NCBI RefSeq assembly: GCF_009914755.1
Contig: NC_060932.1
DNA length: 64,000 nucleotides
Direction: 5' to 3' (one strand)
DNA from: the human T2T-CHM13v2.0 reference genome, Homo sapiens
Within the stretch, counting starts at the first letter, position 1. Each line of letters opens with the position of its first letter. Below, piece by piece: positions 55,798 through 64,000 of this stretch. A program made the translations under genes and the position numbers. Under the pieces are notes generated by a model. It saw nothing but the letters and a program-made list of their open reading frames with translations, made no database searches and was not told the DNA's origin.

Positions 55798-55814
55798 GTA
55801 TATATATATATATA
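55750..55814. repeat. (TA)n(CA)n(TA)n compound microsatellite
   Basis: Direct observation. Confidence 0.95.
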
Positions 55815-56649
55815 TTTTATTTTCTCTAAAAAGTGTTGAGTAACGTTTTTCTTATATGATATTCACTACAACCTAGAAAGAAATATGATAAAAATAAAGC
55901 AGCAAACATACAAGAATAACTTTTGTAAAAATTGCAAATTTTATTAACAACCCTAAGTCTGAAACAATGGGATACACATTAGGATTTAAAGATAACAACA
56001 CATTTATACTTAGATTTTATAACATACTTCTTTGACTTGTTAGAAAAGTATCTCTATGTTTATTTTGGATATTTTCCAGAGATCTGACTTACCAAAACTT
56101 TCACCTGTATTTATTTATTTTTGTTGGTTTTTTTTCCCTTTTTAATCATAATCTTCAAGAGACACTTTATGGATGTAATTAGAAGAGTAGACCTATAAAG
56201 AGAGAGGATTGCTCACCTCATTCTCCTCACAGCCCTTTGGCAATCCAGAGAGACAATAGAAAGTAACATATACACCATTTTTATACCTACCACACACATT
56301 CTCTGGAGAGTTCAAGAAGAAAAGCAAAATAAGACCTCAATGGTGATAGGCATTGGAAGTGGAGATGGGGTAGGAAGTAAAAATAGAAGGGCTTGCCTCC
56401 AGAATTACTTTTCTCACTTCTAGACCCTTGCTTCAACAGCTCTCACCACCTGGTCCAGGGTCAGAGGCCAGAAGGATTGTATAGCCTAGTGTCAAAGAAG
56501 GAGGGAGATCACCAGGGTGGAGATGTGCAATGTGTGTACCTGAGTATGGCTTAGGAAGACCTAGTTCAGGATTGTGATCCAAGAAGTGGAGAGGACAGAG
56601 ACATTTCCCCACCCCAAGGATGGGTGGGGAAAGGAGTTGAGAAGGTGGT

Positions 56650-58440
56650 TCCGGGGTGTGACGGCTCCATTACCTGAGCACGTGGGGCCACATGGATGTG
56701 GACACAGTGCCAGACATTGCTGAGCACACCTCAGAGGCTCCAGATTGGGACACTGGAGTATAGCTGCACATCATAGCTGCCATCCACAGCCTTGCAAACA
56801 ATGTTCAATTCCTCTGCCTATCTGGCACAGGTGCTTACGGCTGCCATAGACACCAGGCCCAGGCCCTCTTGTGGCACTGTTAATCTCCATCCAGCTCAGC
56901 CACCTGCCAGGTTAGGTCCCACTTAGAGACTCACACCCCCAGATAATAGCCCTGCCACCACCACTTCATGTATATCCCTTGTTGGTCACCTCCCCTAACT
57001 CTGTAGTCTCCCTCCTTTAGGGTACTGCGATGGCCAAGAAGTTCCTGAATGTATGGAACCAAGTCAAAACCTACAGTGTCCCAGTCCACATGTGGAAAGA
57101 AGCTTTTGTTATCCCACTGTTGCCAGTGGCTGTATCTTTCTTCTGGCTCCACATTCATTCACTTTGCCCAGCCATTTGACAGAGTGTGCACCCACCACAG
57201 TGGGAACCACCACCCAAAATGGAGGGTATGGTCACCAGGCAGAGGCTGCCCATTTACCTCATATGCCACTGAGCTTCAGAGTCTATGGCCTGAGACAGAG
57301 GAATGATCCATATGCAGTCCCAGTGGGGTCAGAGTCTACTCCCTCAAAGCAGACATGGGCCTCAGTTTCACAGAGCTGATGACCAGCCAAGGCTAACATA
57401 TTACAGAGCTGTGCCCCATTCCCATGTGCAGTGCTGATAACTATCCTCCACTCCAGACTTTTTACTTCTTTGACGTGAGTCATCTCAGAGCACCAGTTGC
57501 TGGTATGCTGCAGAGTATGATCCGGTGCTTAGGGAACTTGAACTCCTGTTTCTCCTGGAACAGGAACAGCTGCTGACCCAATGGTACCTCTACTACATGC
57601 AGGCAAAAGGTGCTTGGGTCCAGGCTAGGTACAGGCAGATGGTTCTGAGTGAAGACTGGGTTGGGTTTGATGTAATTTTCCATAAGCAGCTGGAGAGGGT
57701 GTGGGGTGGGGGATGATGATGGGGCCTCTGCATTAAAGAAGACCTAGCTGTTGACTTTCAGAGTTGAGTGATGCATTGAATCATCAGTGTAAGGGTCAGT
57801 TTTGATGCCTCCTGCTTGGTGTAGGTGTACAAATTCTGACATCAAAGATCTTACAGGCCACAGTCACCCACATCCCAGTGTCAGGGCTGCTGTGTGAACT
57901 CACTTCTTCCTTAGCGTATATGCTTGGTGACTCCTGAGCAGCCCTACACCTAAGAGTCATGATAGGCTGACCCTGCACAGAGGCTTAATAAGTTCTCCAT
58001 GACTGTCCATCCCCTAGTGCCTGAGTTAACACCAGACAAGTTGAGGCTGGAGCTGAAATGAATTATTGGTAGAGCAGGCCCTAATGCAGAGCCTTGAAGG
58101 AGTTGACCTGATCTGCAGGCTGATGGTAGCCCCAGGACTACAGCACTGTGCATGAGTAGCATTTTGGCTGAGCCCTTTAATGTCCACAAAAAAAGCTGTT
58201 TTGCCTGCCTGGCACCTGCTAGGGCTCATGACAGGGCATGACTACAGCCTGACAATGGTCAGGAGTTAGGACCATAGCCACATCTCAGCTTGTCCCCAGC
58301 CATTGGCTGCTGCAGGTCTCTCCAATGCTGTGCCTGCATACTGGAGGCAGAGACAGGTAAGATGCCACAGGAGGGCTCAGAGCTGGAACTAGCTGAGTTT
58401 TTGTTTCCACCATCACTGGACAACTGTTGATTTGAGTTGA
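56650..58440 (+). pseudogene. Decayed Mutator-like (MULE) transposase / ZSWIM1-3-like pseudogene with SWIM-finger remnant
   Basis: Collinear motifs across frameshifts: FIHF..THH.GN (57154), GRGCPF..PETEE (57238-57303), [40 protein letters not shown] (ORF 57525-57716), LP.WHLLGL (58201), LVPSHW (58289); multiple stops. Confidence 0.6.
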
Positions 58441-58878
58441 TTAGAGCCCCATTGGTTGAGGAGTGGGAACCTCACTAATTTTTGGAACCCAGTCAGTGAA
58501 AAGTAATAGGAATCCAGAGTCTAATCTCTGGATTAGACTGAAAGGTAGAAGACTTTGGGATGTTCCCACTCTCTCCCTACAGCTGAGGGTTGAGGGGAGG
58601 CGAAAAGCAGAGAGGGCACCAAGACAAAGTTTGTTATTTTTCTTTTTATCATTTTAACCTTTATTTTTCTTTGATGATATCTTTGTACTGTATTGTTTTT
58701 TCTATGCCTATTGCAATTACTAACTACATGTCCTGTTTCTTTGATTGTTGGTTTTATCTACTGCCTCTTCTAAGTACACAGAGTGATTATGTCTCAACCA
58801 CCCCTGGGAGCTTTGGTGCACTGATGTGAAGAATTGGCCATTCACTGTTAGTATTTAAATGCCATAACCGCTCCCCCA

Positions 58879-58909
58879 ACACACACACACACTTTCTCTC
58901 TCTCTCACA

Positions 58910-58957
<48 letters not shown>
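58879..58957. repeat. (CA)n(CT)n(CA)n compound microsatellite
   Basis: Direct observation. Confidence 0.95.
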
Positions 58958-58959
<2 letters not shown>

Positions 58960-59085
58960 TGGACTCCAAGCCAGATATAACCATATCCTCCTCAGGCCAC
59001 CTTGCCACTAGCTTTGGCCCTTCAAGTAATCTAGGGAAAGGGTGGCCCATAGTGACACTCTTCAATCAGGGTCCACTTTACCATA

Positions 59086-61386
59086 TGATATGGTTTGGCT
59101 CTGTATCCCCACCCAAATCTCATCTTGTAGCTCCCACAATTCCTATGTGTTGTGGGTGAGACCTGGTTGGAGATAACTGAATCATGGGGGGAAGTCTTTC
59201 TTATGCTTTTCTCATGATAGTGGATAAGTCTCATGAGATCTGATGGTTTTAAAAATGTGAGTTTCCCTGCACAAGCTCTCTCTTTGCCTACTGCCATCCA
59301 TGTAAGATGTGACTTGCTGTTTCTTGTTTTCCACCACAATTGTGAGGCCTTCCCAGGCATGTGGAACTGTAAGTCCCTTAAACCTCCTTTTCCTCCCAGT
59401 CTCAGCTATGTCTTTATCAGCAGCATGAAAATGGTCTAGTACAGTAAATTGGTACCATTAGAGTGGGGCACTGCTGAAAAGAACCCAAAAATGTGAAAGC
59501 AACTTTGGAACTGGGTAATAGACAGAGGTTGGAACAGTTTGGAGGTCTCAGAAGAAGACAGAAAAATGTGGGAAAGGTTGGAACTTCCTAGAGACTTGTC
59601 GAATGACTTTGACCAAAATGCTGATGGTGATATGGGTAATAATGTCTAGGCTGAGGTGGTCTCAGAAGGAAATAAGGCACTTGTTGGGAATTGAAGAAAG
59701 GGTGACTCTTGTTAGGTTTTAGCAAAGAGACTGGTGGCATTTTGCTCATGTGCTAAAGATTTGTGGAACTTTGAACTTGAAAGAGATGATTTAGGGTATC
59801 TGGTAGGAGAAATTTTTAAGCAGCAAAGCATTCAAGAGGTGACATGGGTGCTGTTAAAGGCATTTAGTTTTATAAGGGAAACAGAGCATAAAAGTTTGGA
59901 AAATTTGCTGCCTGACAATGCGATAAAAAAGAAAATCCCATTTTCTGAGGAGAAATTCAGCTGGCTGCAGAAATTTGCATAAGTAATGAGAAGCCCCATG
60001 TTAATCCCAAGACAATGGGGAAAATGTCTCCAGGGCATGTCAGAGGTCTTCGCAGAAGCCCCTCCCATCACAGGCCCAGAGGCCAGGGAGGAAAAAATGG
60101 TTTTATGGACCGGACCCAGGGTCCCCATGCTGTGTGCAGCCTAGGGAGGGAGTTGATGCCCTGCATCCCAGTCACTCTAGTTGTGACTGAAAGCGGCCAA
60201 TGTAGAGCTCAGGCTGTGGCTTCAGAGAGTGCAAGCCCCAAGCTTTGGAAGCTTCCATGTGGTGTTGAGCCTGTGAGTGCACAGAAGTCAAGCGCTGGGG
60301 TTTGGGAACCTGTGCCTAGATTTCAAAAGATGTAGAGAAATGCCTGAATGCCCAGGCAGAAGTTTGCTGCAGGGGCAGGGCCCTCATGGAGAACCTCTGC
60401 TAGGGCAGTGTGAAAGGGAAATGTGGGTTGGAGCCCACAGACCCCAGACAGAGTCCCTACTGGAGTACCACCTAGTGGATCTGTGAGAAGTGAGTCACTG
60501 TCCTCCGGACACCAGAATTGTAGATCCACCAACAGCTTGAACCGTGTACCTGGAAAAGCTGCAGACACTCAAAGCCAGCCCATGAAAGCAGCCATGAGGG
60601 GGCCTATACTCTACAAAGCCACAGGGATGGAGCTACCCAAGGCCATGGGAGCCCACCACTTGCATCAGCATGACCTGGATGTGAGACATGAGTCACAGGA
60701 GATCATTTTGGAGCTTTAAGATTTGACTGCCCCACTGAATTTTGGAATTGCATAGGATCTGTAGCCCCTTTGCTTTGGCCAATTTCTCCCATTTGGAATG
60801 GCTGTATTTACCCAATATCTGTATCCCCATTGTATCTAGGAAGTAACTAACTTGGTTTTCACTTTACAGGCTCATAGGTAGAAGGGACTTGCCTTATCTC
60901 AGATGAGACTTTGGACTGTGGACTTCTGAGTTAATGCTGAAATGAGTTAAGACTTTGGTGGATTGGTAGGAAGGCATAGTTAGTTTTGAAATGTGAAGAC
61001 AAGAGATTTGAGAGGGGTCAGGGTGGAATTATATAGTTTGGCTCTGCATCCCCACCCAAATCGCATCTTGTAGCTCCCATAATTCCCATGTGTTGTGGAA
61101 GGGACCTGGTGGGAGATAATTGAATCATGGGGGTGGGTTTTTCCTATGCTGTTCTCATGATAGTGAATAAGTCTCACAAGATCTGATGGTTTTAAAAATG
61201 GGGGTTTCCCCGCACAAGCTCTCTCTTTGCCTGCTGCCGTCCATGTAAGACGTGACTTGCTCCTTCTTGCCTTCTGCCATGATTGTGAGTCCTCCCCAGC
61301 CATGTGGAGCTGTAAGTCCATTAAATCTCTTTTTCTTCTGAGTCTTGGATATGTCTTTATTAGCAGTATGAAAATGGACTAATACA
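59086..61386 (+). mobile_element. Full-length THE1B MaLR element (LTR 59086-59443, internal, LTR 61029-61386)
   Basis: Two LTRs, THE1-int start gtaaattggtacc, purine tract before 3' LTR, perfect 5-bp TSD ccata. Confidence 0.95.
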
Positions 61387-62230
61387 CCATATTTAGTAAA
61401 ATTTCCTCATATTATCATATGAAGTTTAGTAATAGTTATTATTTTCCTATTTTTAATCTTCATATTTTTGTTCAGTTCCTAGAAAATAATGAGGAATGTT
61501 ATTATATTTTTATCCTCTAATGTTTTTAATCTTTGAGAAGTGCTTAATCTTAGGAAGGATTTTGAACATAAGATCTCTTCCATTGTAATATATCTATGTG
61601 CTAGAATTTTTAAATCATCCATTTCTATAAGAGTAATCTTATTATAAAAACAAATGAATAAATATTTAGGAAGGGGAAAGTATTCATATTAATATGAATT
61701 AGCTTGTCATTTATTTTCTTTTAAACAGAAGGTAGCCCTAATCTGATTAGCCTCTTAGTGATTTATAGGATTTCTAGTGCTGAAAAAGCAAGGAAAACAA
61801 ACCTATCTTACTTTGACTTTTACTGAAAGCTAAATTTGTACAAACAGTTGTGAAATAAATTATTTTTTTCTCTTCAATACTGAATATTGATTTTAAATTA
61901 GGGATACAAATTGCTGTTAGATTATTATTATACATTAAATACTAACAACTTTGTAAAGCTATGTATGATATATAAAGCAGGCTGGAGACATATCACCACC
62001 AAGTAAGTTTTACTTCTGTTAGTTCACATTTATGTTAACAGTAATTAACTTTAATAATTAAATATATATTAAATTCATAAAATAATTTATAATTATTTGT
62101 GTTTGTATTAAATTTATTTTTGTTGATGTTATATTTATGATTCTCCTTGCTAATTAAATTCTTATGAATTTTTAGGAATTGGATTCAATTTCTTAAGTGT
62201 TTTATATAAAGTGATACTCTATCTTTAACC

Positions 62231-63550
62231 TGTATTATTGGCCAATGCACCCATCAGCTTATTCCAGAAATGTCAACTGATGATTGGTCAAAGCTGAGCT
62301 CCTCATAGGGCACTATTCTTCCCTTCAGGGAATTTCCTCATCTGAAGTCTCACCCATCCCAAGAGATGGCTCGCAGCCAATGACTGGTTAATGAGAGATA
62401 AAAAGTCATAATCTCTTTGCCTCAATTGTGCATAGTTGTGAAGTGTGTTTCCAGCTTCATATATCTTAGTAGGATATGCTGAGTACTAAATTACAACAAC
62501 ATGCTAGTCAGCTTTTTCTTCTGCCCAGTTCTACTTTCATCATTTCTTTACAGGCATTCTTCTCAAAACACTCCCCAGTAAAACTTTTTGTGTGCATCTC
62601 TCTCTCTGTTACCAGGAAATACATCTTAGCATCAAAAGTGACTCCAGGAGGAAAAGACCCTATAGTAGGATTTTGGAGACAGGTTCCTTGCTGGGGGCAA
62701 AGAGGGTCCCATAACTGATTATAGATAGACTACTGATAGTCCTTGTCAAGCTGTAGAAGCACAGTTGTTAAACATTTATTAGCAAAAGAGAAAACAGGGC
62801 CAGGCATGGTGAACCATGACTGTATTCCAAGCACTTCGGGAAGCCAGGGTGGAAGGATTGCTTGAGTACAGGAGTTTGAGACCAGCCTGGGCAACATGGC
62901 AAGACCAATTTCTACAAAAAATATAAAAATTATCCGGGCATGATGGCACATCCCTGCAGTCCTAACTACTCAGAAGCCTGAGGTAGGAGGATTGCTTGAG
63001 CCCCAGTGATTGAGGCTGCAGTGAGCCATGATCATGACACTGCCCTCCAGTGTCTTGCTGAGCAACATAGAAAGACCCTGTCTCAAAAAAAAAAAAAAAA
63101 AAAAAGTGAAAACACTTGGTTATGCAGTAACTTTCATGTCTAGGAGGTGTCAATAACATGGTAACTCTAAGGACAATGGAATTGGTGTGTGTAGTTGACT
63201 CATTAAAGAGAGGCAATGAAAGACTGAACATAATGAGTCACAAATTCAAGACAAAATGTTAAAGCTGAAGACCTTCCTTGTAAACTACTAGAAAACTAAT
63301 TTCCTATAAGCAGAGGACAGAAAGATCAAGGGACTAGGCTTAGGAGGTAACAGAAAAAATAATAATTCTTCAGAGAATGTTGAATTTTCAGCCTCTGCAG
63401 GTTTCCTATGTCAAGGTAAGAGCAACAACATGGAATGAAAGGGATTGTAAGACTTGGGATTAAAATTTGAGTAGATGTAGATGAGAAACTTGAACTCTTA
63501 GATTATACAGAACACACTAGGCCTGCAATGTAGATAACTCACCCTTGTGA
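62231..63550 (+). mobile_element. LTR16A-like LTR (~62231-62630) plus ERVL (HERV16/ERV3-16A3-like) internal start
   Basis: gcagccaatgactgg...tttgcctcaa; ttctctgcccagttctacttt; then taggattttggagac. Confidence 0.6.
62798..63101 (+). mobile_element. AluJ
   Basis: ggattgcttgag in both arms, gcaagacc; TSD aaaag(a/t)gaaaaca. Confidence 0.93.
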
Positions 63551-63552
63551 AG

Positions 63553-64000
63553 AGATAATCATGGTGGACAGCCTGTCTGGAGTGGCCACTGTGTGCGAGA
63601 GGCACAGCTGGGGTTGTGTGCTCTGTGGAGTCAGAAGGAGCCAGGAATAGATGAAAGCTCCAGCCCTTACCTAGTTGGTGGGGCAGCAGCCCATGTACCT
63701 GGGTGCTGCTGCAGATACCCAGCTGTGGCTCCAGACCCTGGTATTCCTGCACTCTCAGGGGCCCAGAAAACCCCTGCCCCTGCAGGATTGAAAGTCTCTG
63801 CTCCCGCTCCCTGGCCTCTCCCTACCTCCAGTGCCTGCTCCAGGGCAGAGCAAAGTTATGGCCCAGCCTGGATGCTGTTGCAACCTGGCCAGGTGTGCAC
63901 ACACTCAGAGTGGCATTGACATGCTAGCCCTTTGCCACTTCAGCCTCACTGGACTTTGGTTGCCGATGAGCATGGGAGGGAGGCTGAGGGGTTGCTGAGG
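63553..64000 (+). mobile_element. MER52-type ERV1 LTR (runs off window)
   Basis: GC-rich; cccagctgtggctccagaccctgg...ctctcaggggcccag...catgggagggaggctgag. Confidence 0.8.

Noticed and set aside
56650-58440. Alternative identities for the GC-rich block (HPS6, CHPF2, ERV internal, L1 5'UTR)
   Set aside because: Only isolated short resemblances; no flanking LTR pair or L1 ORF1; the MULE/SWIM motifs are more numerous and collinear
59444-61028. ORFs in the THE1B internal region
   Set aside because: Fragmented remnants of the MaLR internal ORF with stops and frameshifts

Overview
Primate (human-like) nuclear genomic DNA: AT-rich, gene-poor and dominated by interspersed repeats. These include Alu J/S/Y, L1 fragments of several ages, L2, MIR, MaLR LTRs (MLT1, THE1D, a full-length THE1B), ERV1/ERVL solo LTRs with clean TSDs, and DNA-transposon MITEs (MADE1, MER1B, MER53, MER58). 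I find no intact protein-coding gene, RNA gene or CRISPR array, and almost all ORFs in the track are spurious. The main unexplained feature is a ~2 kb GC-richer block (~56.3-58.5 kb). Stitched across stops and frameshifts, its + strand reads as a decayed Mutator-like (MULE) transposase / ZSWIM1-3-like protein with a SWIM-finger remnant and an apparent 110-nt intron. Also notable are a perfect p53 element in a MER61-type LTR, a circularly permuted 222-bp local duplication around MER53, and several short templated duplications and palindromes. Repeat subfamily names and protein similarities come from remembered consensus sequences and need RepeatMasker/HMM confirmation.
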